A DNA stretch of 64,000 nucleotides from Candidatus Poribacteria bacterium (GTDB lineage: Bacteria > Poribacteria > WGA-4E > UBA9662), in the NCBI GenBank assembly GCA_046582655.1, contig JAYGDX010000210.1, positions 1 to 64,000 on the forward strand, read 5' to 3'. The number at the start of each line of letters is the position of its first letter. Within the stretch, counting starts at the first letter, position 1. Under the pieces are notes generated by a model that saw only the letters and a program-made list of their open reading frames with translations, was not told where the DNA came from and ran no database searches. The position numbers and the translations under genes are program-made. Below are positions 38,213 to 48,625 of the stretch, one piece after another.

Positions 38213-39620
38213 TGTTTGAATTGAGCGGAATAAGATCTGCGTAGATGTCAATATCGTACGAATCTCCATTACGACCATCACTCCAAGCAATAAGCACCAT
38301 GTTGTCAATCATAATAGCATCTGGTGTCATCTGTCCACCGTCAGCGAGACAGATTGGCATTCCATTTAGTGCCCAAAGTGACCTACCGTTTTTATCTATT
38401 CGTTGAGCATAGATTGCAGATGTTGCTTCGTTACCATAATCACCACGATAATCGAGCCAGTATATAATTGTGCCATTCGATTTATCTCGAATCAGCTTGG
38501 GTTGACGTTGTTCGCCTTCTGCTGTACAAATCGGCAGGCCGTTTATTTCCCACATCGGTTCGCCATCACCATTGATCCATTGCGCGTAAATATCAGAAAA
38601 AACGTCCCGATCATCCCACCAAGTGACAACGATACCGCTAATACCCTGATTTACTTGCGCGATAAACGGTTGTTGTTGATTTTCTGGTTGATTGCAAATG
38701 ACGATGCCATCAGGATTCCACAACCGTTGACCATTAGCGTTTATTCGCTGAGCATACAGATCTGACGTAGTGAAAATAGCAGGATCGTCGCGGTAATCTG
38801 ACCACACCACGAAGGCTCCACCAGATCCATCGGAGATTGCCAATGGCCCTCCCTGATTTCCGTTTGCTTCACAAACAGTAATACCGCGATCCGGCCAGAG
38901 TTTTCGTCCCTCCGCACTAATTCGTTGCGAAAAAACTCTCCACTCTGGTGTACTAATATCCCACCAAGCAAAAATTGCACCGCCTGTCTGATCGGTTGTC
39001 AGAGACGGATCGTATTGATCCCCTTTACCATCATAGATGGCAACGCCATCCTTCCTCCAAATTGTTTCACCTTTCCCGTTAATCCGTTGAGCAAAAAGAT
39101 CTTGCCTACTGTTTCGCCAATCTTCCCACACCACAATCACTCCATCTTCACCATCCGCTATGGCTCTGGGATCGTCTTGACTAGCCAAATTCTGACAAAG
39201 AGGGACGCCATTTTTATCCCATAATTCTGTGCCATTTACGTCGATTCGCTGAGCATATAAATCCGGGTTACCATTGCGTGAATCTCTCCAGACAATAATT
39301 GCACCATCGTTGTTCAAGACCGGAATGAGAATTGGCCATCCTTGGGACCCAGGCAGTTGACAGATGGCGATTCCATCCTCTTTCCATAAAGCTTTACCAC
39401 TAGCATCAATCCGTTGAATGAAAACATCGCGATTTCCGTTTCGTGCATCCATCCAGGCGATTATGGCACCTCTATGACCGTCACTAACCAAATCAGGAAA
39501 CAGCTGTTCATTTGATGCTGTACAAAGAGGTAAATTTGAATATTGTGCGATACACCGCTCTCCAGATAAGAATAACGTACTAACAAACCATAATAACGCG
39601 TAGACAGGTATTCTATTCAT
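38202..39620 (-). CDS. secreted protein made of about 8 roughly 60-aa repeats (beta-propeller-like)
   Basis: Signal peptide from ATG 39620; repeated DGxGGAIIxWxDxR..D(I/L)(Y/F)AQRI..G..LW...G..IC. Confidence 0.75.
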   Translation of the reverse strand: MNRIPVYALLWFVSTLFLSGERCIAQYSNLPLCTASNEQLFPDLVSDGHRGAIIAWMDARNGNRDVFIQRIDASGKALWKEDGIAICQLPGSQGWPILIPVLNNDGAIIVWRDSRNGNPDLYAQRIDVNGTELWDKNGVPLCQNLASQDDPRAIADGEDGVIVVWEDWRNSRQDLFAQRINGKGETIWRKDGVAIYDGKGDQYDPSLTTDQTGGAIFAWWDISTPEWRVFSQRISAEGRKLWPDRGITVCEANGNQGGPLAISDGSGGAFVVWSDYRDDPAIFTTSDLYAQRINANGQRLWNPDGIVICNQPENQQQPFIAQVNQGISGIVVTWWDDRDVFSDIYAQWINGDGEPMWEINGLPICTAEGEQRQPKLIRDKSNGTIIYWLDYRGDYGNEATSAIYAQRIDKNGRSLWALNGMPICLADGGQMTPDAIMIDNMVLIAWSDGRNGDSYDIDIYADLIPLNSNIIE

Positions 39621-41589
39621 GTGGTGTATTACCTTCCAATCGATTAATGATAGCGTCAACATCATAGACGCATCCACCCCATGTTCCACCGCTTACGCCC
39701 TGTAGTACGGCCCAAAGCCTAGTATCATCAGGCAACATGGGATCTGTTTGCAGATCTGGCCGTGGAGCTCTCTCCTGTAAAAGCTTTGCTCCATTTTCAA
39801 CCCCAAATATTTTATTATCATGACCAACTAGATTAATGCTACCTTCAAGTTGGTTGCGATCGACAATAATTTGGATAATGTCTCCGTCTATTACTTTTCC
39901 GATTGGTCCTCCCGCTAATGCCTCAGGTCCGATATGACCGATGCAAGCCCCGGTGGATACACCTGAAAATCGTGCATCGGTAATTAAGGCAATGTTCTTG
40001 CCGTAGGGTAAATGCTTCAACGCAGATGTAATCTGATAAACTTCTTCCATCCCCGTTCCCATCGGTCCACGACATACTAATACCATCACTTCACCTGGTT
40101 TGATTTTCCGTTTCTTGATTGCAATGATAGCCTCTTTTTCTGTGACAAAAACGCGAGCGGTTCCAGTCATTCGATAGGTACCATCTTCATCAACCACACT
40201 TGGATCAATAGCTGTGCTCTTTATGACAGATCCCTCAGGTGCGAGGTTACCACGTGGAAAAGTAATGGTACTAGTCAGTCCACGCTGTTTGGCTGCATCA
40301 GGACTCATGATCACGTCGTCTGGGTCAATTCCGTCTTTCTCAAACAGCAAATCCCTTAGCCGCTGGCGGCGTTCCGATTTGAGCCACCAATTCAAGTTGC
40401 GTGCAAGCGTTTCACCAGTTGCCGTCATTACTTCTTCATCAAGAACATTTAATTCGCGTAAACGCAACATCACCTCCGGTACACCGCCAGCTAAGAAAAC
40501 CTGAACAGTGGGGTGACCAATTGGTCCATTTGGTAGGACATCAACGATACGCGGTACCTGTTGGTTAATTTCAATCCAATCCTCAATTCTTGGCCGATCA
40601 AGTTTGGCAGCGTGTGCAATAGCCGGAATGTGAAGTAACAAATTAGTTGATCCGCCAAAAGCTGCGTGTATGATCATAGCGTTTCGAATAGCGGTGTCTG
40701 TAATGATGGCACTTATTTTTGTTCGCTGTCCTTCTAGATGGATTAACGCCTGTGCAGACCGAGTTGCCATGTCAACCCAAATATGTTGTCCCGAAGGTGC
40801 TAATGCTGCATGTGGTAAGGTTATTCCCAAACCTTCTGCCACCACCTGTGCGGTTGCAGCTGTTCCCAAAAACTGACACCCACCTCCTGGACTTGCACAA
40901 GCTTTGCATCCTAGATCAGCTGCATCCTGCAGCGAAATTTCGCCATGGGCAAAGCGTGCACCGATCGTTTGGATCTTGCCGGCATCCTCGCCTTCACGCG
41001 GTGGTAGTGTTACGCCGCCAGGAATGATCAATCCTGGGAGGTCAGATACTCCAGCAAGGGCAATCATCATTGCCGGTAATCCCTTGTCACAGGTGGCTAT
41101 GCCAATAACGCCTCGACGGGTTGGTAATGATCTGATCTGGCGGCGAAAGACAACTGCCGCATCGTTCCTAAACGCTAGGCTGTCCATCATGCCGGCCGTG
41201 CCTTGTGTTCGTCCGTCGCAAGGATCTGAGCAATATGACGAAAACGGGATTGCTCCAAGTCTTTTGATTTCGACAGCTGCGGCTTTGACAAGTGAGCCTA
41301 TTTCCCAATGTCCTGTATGAAACCCTAGTGCAACAGGGTTTCCATCTTCTGCACGCAGTCCCCCTTGCGTACTCACAATCAAAAACTGCTTTTGGTTTAA
41401 CTCCGCAGGATTCCATCCCATTCCAGCATTCTGACTCATAGCAAAGATATCACCACTTGGAGCGTTTAGTAACATTTCCTCGGTCAGCGGCAACGAGCCT
41501 TCAGGGCCATCAGAGTTCGTTTCTAAGTCGAAGATTTCTGGGTCATTACTATCAACAATTTCTTTGTAATTTATTTGTGGTTTATCCAT
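39613..41589 (-). CDS. YjhG/YagF-family D-xylonate dehydratase (IlvD/Edd family)
   Basis: [46 protein letters not shown] 41589 preferred. Confidence 0.92.
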   Translation of the reverse strand: MDKPQINYKEIVDSNDPEIFDLETNSDGPEGSLPLTEEMLLNAPSGDIFAMSQNAGMGWNPAELNQKQFLIVSTQGGLRAEDGNPVALGFHTGHWEIGSLVKAAAVEIKRLGAIPFSSYCSDPCDGRTQGTAGMMDSLAFRNDAAVVFRRQIRSLPTRRGVIGIATCDKGLPAMMIALAGVSDLPGLIIPGGVTLPPREGEDAGKIQTIGARFAHGEISLQDAADLGCKACASPGGGCQFLGTAATAQVVAEGLGITLPHAALAPSGQHIWVDMATRSAQALIHLEGQRTKISAIITDTAIRNAMIIHAAFGGSTNLLLHIPAIAHAAKLDRPRIEDWIEINQQVPRIVDVLPNGPIGHPTVQVFLAGGVPEVMLRLRELNVLDEEVMTATGETLARNLNWWLKSERRQRLRDLLFEKDGIDPDDVIMSPDAAKQRGLTSTITFPRGNLAPEGSVIKSTAIDPSVVDEDGTYRMTGTARVFVTEKEAIIAIKKRKIKPGEVMVLVCRGPMGTGMEEVYQITSALKHLPYGKNIALITDARFSGVSTGACIGHIGPEALAGGPIGKVIDGDIIQIIVDRNQLEGSINLVGHDNKIFGVENGAKLLQERAPRPDLQTDPMLPDDTRLWAVLQGVSGGTWGGCVYDVDAIINRLEGNTPHE

Positions 41590-41607
41590 TATCCTATGCT
41601 TAAACTT

Positions 41608-42519
41608 AATGTGGGTTCGATATAATGGAGCAGGAACTTTTTCTATAATACTGTGAATCAATCAGTTGAAAAACAAGGATACGTTCCAATATCTATTATA
41701 CCACTCTTCTGCTAGATTGACGACTTTTGCCAAGGCTCAACCGTTTTTGATCTCCAATGGCAACAGAATGCGGCGCCGAAGAATTACACTGGTACTGAGT
41801 GAAGTCATGACCATTACCGTCCAGTTTCATCGTTTTGACTATTGTACCTTCAGGCATTGTTGCACGTTTGCCGGTATCTACGCTGGGCATTCTCTCTACT
41901 AGTCAGCTACAAGCGGTTTGTGAAAATAGGGGAGTTGTACTAGGATTTCGCTTGTCGACTTCATACCGATCGCCATCTGCCGAAATCGAAGAATTCCCTG
42001 CCATCGCGTCTTGGCTAAGACGGCTAAATGGGGGAAGAACTCCGCTGGTTGGTTCTACGGTTAACTCCATCTGATCGTCAATGATGAAGGCCAATTGCTG
42101 GCGGACTGACAGCTGTCGATGTCGATGTCGATGATAGAAACTCTAGTACCAAAGATGGTCAAAGGCTTCTTTGGAGAACTTTTTGCAGATAAGGGCTATA
42201 TCTCACGGAAGCTATTTGGTTTTCTATTGACTGCGAAAACAAGGTGAAGCGGAACATGGAAAATCAGCTACTGTCATTTTGGAACAAGTTTCTGCTAGGT
42301 AAATGAACCATTATTGGAACCATTGGCGACCAGTAAAAAAACATCTGTCAAATTAAGCATACCAGACATGGCAGCTGGATTAACTTTATTGGTCAGTGCC
42401 ATTTTAGTGTCGATTTCCTACTCTTACCAAGATGAAGAAAACCTCATTGAATCCCTGGGTCAAGGTCTTGGCTGATTTAATGGCGGGTGCCATTTAGTCC
42501 TTTGTGCCGAACTCACGTT
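41608..42519 (+). mobile_element. degenerate IS982-family element
   Basis: Broken transposase motifs across frames (LSEVMTI..FH, VSYKRFV, GWFYG-LHLIVNDEGQLL, LFADKGYIS, TIGDQ*KNICQIKHTRH). Imperfect termini AATGTGGGTTCGA (41608-41620) and CCGAACTCACGTT (42507-42519). Confidence 0.85.
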
Positions 42520-42565
42520 CAACTGAACATTGCTGACTTCAAGGTTAGAAATCGGAGCAGAAATA

Positions 42566-44886
42566 TTACTTTAGTACAACCATCTTTCGGGTTGCCGTGA
42601 AGTGATCTGTCTGTATCGTATAAAAGTAGGTGCCGGATGCAATGGCTTCGTTTTGGTTGGATCGCCCATTCCAATAACACGCTAGGCCTTTGGTGATATA
42701 AGAACCGGAACGCGTCGCTCCGAGATCCAGTGTGCGGATTAAATTCCCAGATTGGCTGAATATTTGGATTGTAACGTTTGTATCTCTGGCAATCTCGAAA
42801 GGAATCCATGTTTCTGGGTTAAACGGATTTGGGTAATTCGGCAATAGTCGGTTCTGTTTAATTTTTGACCACTGAGTAAATACGTTCCTCGTTAGAGCTG
42901 TACCTCGGCTCAAATTCATGTCCCAGATAATCATTGTTCCGTCACCTGAACCGGATGCCAACTTTTGACCATCTGGCGAAAACACCAATGAGTATACTGG
43001 AAGTTTGTGTCCTCTTAAATCAACAACAGTCTGCTGATCCTCGATCGACCAAATCTTAATAGATTGCCATGATCCTGTGGCGATAAACTCGCCATGAGGC
43101 GAATATACTAAGGAAACAATGTCGTCTGGAAACCTGGCTATTTCAACCTGCTTTAGAACCGACCATAGCCTTGCACCTCCTAGTCCCTAACTGGCAGCAT
43201 CACCAGTGGCGAGACCCTGACCATCCGGTGAAAAAGCGACGGCGTTTGCGTCACCAACATACCCATCAAATGTTGTGATTAAGGCCTGATTCGGCACTGA
43301 CCACAATTTGACCTCTCCACCAGCTAATATATTATTTGAGGCAGCTGAACCTGCTGAGGCAAGAATTTTGCCGTCCGGCGAAAAGGCGAGTGCGTTAATT
43401 TCATCCTTATGGCCTATTAAAGTTCCAATCTTCGTTTGGTCAACAACCGACCAGGTGGTAATTTCTCCCGGATTGCCTGAAATCCCAGCTGCTACTGCTA
43501 CTATTTGGCCATCTGGTGAAAATACCAGTGAATCAACAACACCCGTATGCCCCTCCAATTTAGCAACGACTTTCATACTTTCAGTAGACCACAGATGCAA
43601 CTGATCAGGTCCTTTCGTGTAGCTGACTGCCGAGGCAAGTGTTCGACCATCTGGCGAAAAGGCTGCTGCAAAAACAATACCATCATGTGTTAAAAACCCG
43701 ATTGGAGCCTTTTTGGTGACTGACCATAGCATAACCTTAGTTAGTTCCCCAGAAATTCATTGGAACAGAAGCAAGCATTTGACCATCAGCAGAGAAAGTA
43801 ACTGAATGCATCCAGTCATTGAATTCCCAAGAATCCAATTCGACATTGTCGGCAATCGACCAGAGTTTCACCGACTGATCACTAGAAGCTGAAAACAACG
43901 TCAATCCATTTGGTGTGAGAATGCATGTGTTAACAGCGTCCGTATGAATCGGTAGGCTAGTAATTACAGCCTTATCAGTGACTGACCAAAACTTTAATTC
44001 TCCCAACAAACTCCCACCTGAAACAAGGACCCTACCATTTGATGAAAATGTGATAGTCTTGACGTCAAATTGATGCCCCTTCAAAGCAACAAAAACGCCT
44101 TTGTCTTTCACAGACCAGAATTTTATTTCACCTGCTTCTATAAAGATTACCAGCGTCGGCAGAAGCTAATAGCAGTCCATCTGGTGAGAATGTCACGGCA
44201 TTCACAATACCTTTGTGGCCGACTAGAGAAGCGATTTCTTTTTGATCTGCAACTGACCATAATTTGACTTCGCCGGGGACAAGATAATCGCCGCCGCCGG
44301 ATGCCAAGAGTTTGCCATCCGGCGAAAACTCAATCGATTTCATCATCGCCGGATGACCTTTTAAAGATCCAATTTCGGATTTATTGGCAACCAGCCAAAA
44401 CTTTATTTCTCCAGGTTTGACAATCGCAGCATCAGCGTAGGATGCGGCAGATGCCAGCATTTTTCCATCTGGGGAGAAGGCGACGGTGTTGACTCCAGCC
44501 TTATGACCTTTTAGAGTTGCAATTTCAATTCGCTTGGTAACTGACCAGAGTTTCACTGTTTGATCAAACGATGCGGATACCAATATTTTTCCGTTCGGTG
44601 AGAAGGTGACTGATTCCACGGAATTAGCGTGGCCGATCAGTAGATCTACGGTATGATACGTTTTTGCATCGTAGAGCTAGATCCCAATTGCTGTTGCAAC
44701 GGCGATGAGGTCGCCATTTGGTGAGACAGCGATAGCTTTGTCGCTGACGCCAATTGAACCTTTGCCTAGTCGCGTAATTGCATATTTGGGAAGCTTATAA
44801 GTTGGACAATTAATCTGAGCAATGATAACGCTAGGGAGAAAAAGACAGGAGATCCAAATAATGATATTTATGGATTTGGAGAGCAT
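42566..44886 (-). pseudogene. WD40-repeat protein with FlgD-Ig/T9SS-like tail, disrupted by 2 in-frame TAGs and 2 frameshifts
   Basis: Five collinear ORF pieces with continuous WD40 repeats, from the signal peptide to NYPNPFNPETWIP. Confidence 0.88.
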
Positions 44887-44969
44887 CGGTTTAATGACTA
44901 ACTATTTAAATCATAATATTAAGGTAATCCAATATTCTGTGTGGCCACACGAAATGTTAGAATTCCAAG

Positions 44970-45863
44970 TTAAAAAAAGAAGTGGACTGACGTAACCACA
45001 TGTGCCCAAGTCTTTGAGTATTGAGTTGACATACTCCACCTTGGCGGGCCTTTTTTTGACGGGATTCGAGGAAGTCCCAATACATTTCGTTTCGAAAGCT
45101 GATACCCAATGGTTGCGACAATTGGTGATAATAGCGATCCATAGGTAGCGCCATATACGACTTCTCTCCCTTCGTTATGGCGATTGCGGGTGGCAAGGAG
45201 TGCTCCAATGAATGGTGGAATAAGTGCTCCTGCGGTAGTGTTAGCATGAGATCCTCCGCCATATCCCCAAAACTCGCCAATCCAATGAACCTGCGAGGAT
45301 CCTCCCAAAATCAGACCAACGCCAGTACAAATTGGAATTGTCATTTCATCATTTCGTATCCCTGCCAGACTTGTACCTAGATAAGCCAATGTTCCTATAA
45401 CAGCGCCATTAAAATAACCGCTAAAGGCTTGGAGCGTCATCTCCGGCCAGCCCTCAATCCGTTTTCTCCTCTCCTCTTCCATAGGTAATGCCCAGCGAGC
45501 AACTTCTAGATTTACTTTTGCCCGAACATGCTTTGGATTGATAGATATCGCTTTTTCAAACGATTCAACTGCGCTCTGCATCTGTTCTAACTCGTAATAT
45601 GCTTCGCCCATAAAATTATAAGCATCCGCATGATTCGGGCTCAGCTGAACCGTGATTTTAAAAGCCTCGATAGCTCGTTCAAAATCACGGTTTTTCAGGA
45701 ACTCTTGTCCCTGCTGGTAGTTGTTATTTGTTTCTGCGTTCTTGTCTGCTCTGTTCTTATTTTTAGGCGCAGCTGCTATTGGCGAAAGCAGAATAAAACA
45801 ATAGAAGAAACATATAAGACTGACGTGTGCATGAAACTTTATATATCTCACCTTCACCACCAT
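44970..45863 (-). CDS. TPR-containing membrane protein
   Basis: Signal-like N-terminus, 2-3 TPRs, glycine-rich hydrophobic C-terminal helices. Confidence 0.7.
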   Translation of the reverse strand: MVVKVRYIKFHAHVSLICFFYCFILLSPIAAAPKNKNRADKNAETNNNYQQGQEFLKNRDFERAIEAFKITVQLSPNHADAYNFMGEAYYELEQMQSAVESFEKAISINPKHVRAKVNLEVARWALPMEEERRKRIEGWPEMTLQAFSGYFNGAVIGTLAYLGTSLAGIRNDEMTIPICTGVGLILGGSSQVHWIGEFWGYGGGSHANTTAGALIPPFIGALLATRNRHNEGREVVYGATYGSLLSPIVATIGYQLSKRNVLGLPRIPSKKGPPRWSMSTQYSKTWAHVVTSVHFFF

Positions 45864-45980
45864 TTCTATGGTCCTCAGAAGCGAGAAAACGATATGATTG
45901 GGAGGATTATACTATAAAGCAGTTAAAGGAGGGAATGATGCGTCGTTATGTGTCCTATTCGATAACAAAGAAACTGTCAT

Positions 45981-46967
45981 TTAGTAATATATTTTTTCGA
46001 CTATGTAATTTTTTGGGTTTACGGTACTACCATTGACATAAACACCATAGTGAAGATGAGTCCCTGTAGTTGATCCACTACTTCCGACATAACCAATTAC
46101 TTCACCCCGTGCAACTTTTTTGCCTCTTCGGATTCCCGTAGCAAATTTCTGCAGATGACCATAGATGGTTTCCATTTGTGTTGCTGGGTGTTTAATCCGA
46201 ATTGTATTCCCAAGACCAGATCTGCTCCTTTGTACCTTAGTGATGACACCGTGCGCCGCAGAAATGATCGGAGTTCCACGTCGTGTTGCAATATCCAATC
46301 CACTGTGAAAGTGCCGACTTTTGGTGATTGGATGGATACGGTAACCAAAACCGGAGGAATACCAGTAAGATTTCTTAGTTAGATTGGGCAAACGAAGCGG
46401 TAAAATAAATGGCATTTCTTCCAATTCGTTGAGACTACCTAAGACAGCGTCATATACTTTTCGGACTTCTTCTTTCAATTTGGGTATGACCTCAGGTGTT
46501 TCTGATATGGGCTGAGGAACACTGGAATCCGGCGTTGCGTCTTGAGATCCTGCATCTAATGCATCGGGATCTGGACTAAACGGATCTTGATCTTCTTGTC
46601 CATCTTCGACGATGCTACTACCTCCTTGGCCCAGAATCCCTTTATTTTCAAGACCTAATACATGCTTAACTGTTTTTACCATACCACGAACTTCATCCCA
46701 CTTCGTTTCGTGAAATCTAATCTGCGTTTCCTGGTCTTGAATTTTGTTGTTCAACCTCTCGATAGTTAACCCTTGAATTTTCTTTTCTTGATGAGATGAA
46801 GCAAGTCTTGATCCCGCATTTACCGTCAGATAGATAGATGCTCCTAGCACAACTAGAATCAGGAAACCGATAGAACAAAAGGATAGCAACATTGCACGGC
46901 TAACTGAATGCTGACGTACAGGGCCGCCAGACGGCGACATAACCACAACCGTGTAAAAATCTTTCAA
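45981..46967 (-). CDS. M23-family peptidoglycan metallopeptidase
   Basis: TM + coiled coil; HSGLD, YGHL, STTGTHLHY. Confidence 0.92.
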   Translation of the reverse strand: MKDFYTVVVMSPSGGPVRQHSVSRAMLLSFCSIGFLILVVLGASIYLTVNAGSRLASSHQEKKIQGLTIERLNNKIQDQETQIRFHETKWDEVRGMVKTVKHVLGLENKGILGQGGSSIVEDGQEDQDPFSPDPDALDAGSQDATPDSSVPQPISETPEVIPKLKEEVRKVYDAVLGSLNELEEMPFILPLRLPNLTKKSYWYSSGFGYRIHPITKSRHFHSGLDIATRRGTPIISAAHGVITKVQRSRSGLGNTIRIKHPATQMETIYGHLQKFATGIRRGKKVARGEVIGYVGSSGSTTGTHLHYGVYVNGSTVNPKNYIVEKIYY

Positions 46968-47061
46968 GATATCCGCTCCTGAGATGTATGAATCTCAGTA
47001 AAACATGCCTTTCGACAACAGAGTTAAGAAGAAAAACTCCCCAGATATTCGACTGAACCGA

Positions 47062-47090
47062 AGTATAGCATAAACGGAAATACGTTGCAA
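47062..47090 (-). promoter_or_regulatory. sigma70 promoter of the M23 gene
   Basis: TTGCAA-N17-TATACT with TG extended -10. Confidence 0.6.
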
Positions 47091-47397
47091 AGGTTTTGTG
47101 AGCAAGCCAAGAGCTATTCTTCAACTTCGATCAGATCAAACATTTTGTTGACTGAAACGACCTTTGGCCATGAGTTCGTTACAACGAATGATACGTCCAA
47201 AGTACACTATGTCTTCAATGCGATACTTCTTACAAGTTGTATACAGCAAACAAAATTTTTTATGATTTAACATTAAGGTCTTCCTAAATATTGCCGTCTC
47301 ACAAAATCAGGGTCAGAGATATTTAGCTATGTTCGATGTAATCTCTCATTTTAATCTGACAGTGACGGCGTCGGCTGGATTCGATTTTCGTTTCGCC

Positions 47398-47427
47398 TTG
47401 ATTTTAAAGTCAGGTATTTGCTAAACT
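47398..47427 (+). promoter_or_regulatory. putative sigma70 promoter of the Gfo/MBL genes
   Basis: TTGATT-N18-TAAACT with TGn extension. Confidence 0.4.
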
Positions 47428-47564
47428 GATAACATAATCTTAAATGAATGAGCGTGAGTCAATGGTGTGGCGGATATCTGTGTGGAATGTGGCTCAATGG
47501 CTGGTTTATTCAATCAAAGATTATCATTTCACAATTTTGGAGACTTAGGAAGCTAAAATCAAGC

Positions 47565-48590
47565 ATGGCCAAATACAGAGTTGGTATTGTTGGTTGTGGA
47601 GGTATTGCCCACTTCCACGGCAAAAATTACAATCGATTTGATGAATTTGAAATTGTCTCAGTGGCGGATATTAATCGGGAATCGGTAGATCAATATGCAG
47701 AAGAATTCTCCGTCTCTGCCAAATACACAAACTACTTGGATATGTTTGAGGAGGAAGATCTGGATGTTGTTAGTGTGTGCACTTGGCAGGGAACGCATGC
47801 GGAAATTACGATTGCAGCTGCTGACAGCGGAGTGAAAGGAATTCTGTGTGAAAAACCGATGGCCATCAACTTAGGCGAAGCTGATGCAATGATTGAAGCC
47901 TGCGACCAAAGTGGTGTCAAATTGGTGGTTGGACATCAGCGAAGATTTGAAGCAATATACACCGAAGCGCAAAAGCTCATTGCAGATGGTATTATCGGTC
48001 AACCAATTATTGTCACCCGTCGTGTAGGAAGCGGTTTATTGAATTGGGGAACGCATGTGATAGATTTAACACGGCAAATTCTTGGGGATCCGGAGACTAA
48101 ATGGGTGATTGGGCAGGTTGAACGCAAAACTGATCGCTACGAGCGCCGTTGTGAAATTGAGGACCTCTGTGCCGGAATCATCTGCTTTGAAAATGATACC
48201 CGTTTTGTACTTGAAATCGATATGCCTCCACCACACGTAAACAACATCTTCGTGCATGGTAGTGATGGGATCCTAACTTCTGAAGATGGGAAACTCAAGG
48301 TTCTCAACGGTAAAGAGGGATGGCAGACAATCAATCCTTCTTCAGACGGTGAAGACCAATGGTCAGAGTTTCTGGCTTGGCTTGATGGACGTGTTGAAAC
48401 TCATCGTTGTAACGGCAAACAGGCAAGCTATACTATCGAAATCATGATGGCAATATATGAGTCGGTCCGAACCAAAGGGCTTGTTGAGATGCCCTTAAAG
48501 ACCAAAGAATCACCACTCATTATGATGATTTCGGCCGGAACATTACCAGTTGAAAAATCAGGTAAATACGACATTCGAGTACCTTTTTGA
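47565..48590 (+). CDS. Gfo/Idh/MocA-family oxidoreductase
   Basis: VGCGGIA, CEKP, GHQRRF, THVID; start at MAKYRVG. Confidence 0.9.
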   Translation: MAKYRVGIVGCGGIAHFHGKNYNRFDEFEIVSVADINRESVDQYAEEFSVSAKYTNYLDMFEEEDLDVVSVCTWQGTHAEITIAAADSGVKGILCEKPMAINLGEADAMIEACDQSGVKLVVGHQRRFEAIYTEAQKLIADGIIGQPIIVTRRVGSGLLNWGTHVIDLTRQILGDPETKWVIGQVERKTDRYERRCEIEDLCAGIICFENDTRFVLEIDMPPPHVNNIFVHGSDGILTSEDGKLKVLNGKEGWQTINPSSDGEDQWSEFLAWLDGRVETHRCNGKQASYTIEIMMAIYESVRTKGLVEMPLKTKESPLIMMISAGTLPVEKSGKYDIRVPF

Positions 48591-48625
48591 GGTAAGAAAC
48601 CAACTTAATCAATGGTTGTTGACAC

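Noticed and set aside
41666..42094. Short ORFs 41666-41902, 41696-41890, 41835-42074 and 41903-42094 as real genes
   Set aside because: They are fragments or shadows of the decayed IS982 transposase.
42114..42135. (TGTCGA)3 microsatellite
   Set aside because: A small slippage repeat inside a dead IS, with no functional context.
43187..44679. Amber (TAG) recoding or pyrrolysine readthrough in the WD40 gene
   Set aside because: TAG ends many intact genes here (for example at 7255, 8283, 19824), the same gene also has frameshifts, and no pyl genes are seen.
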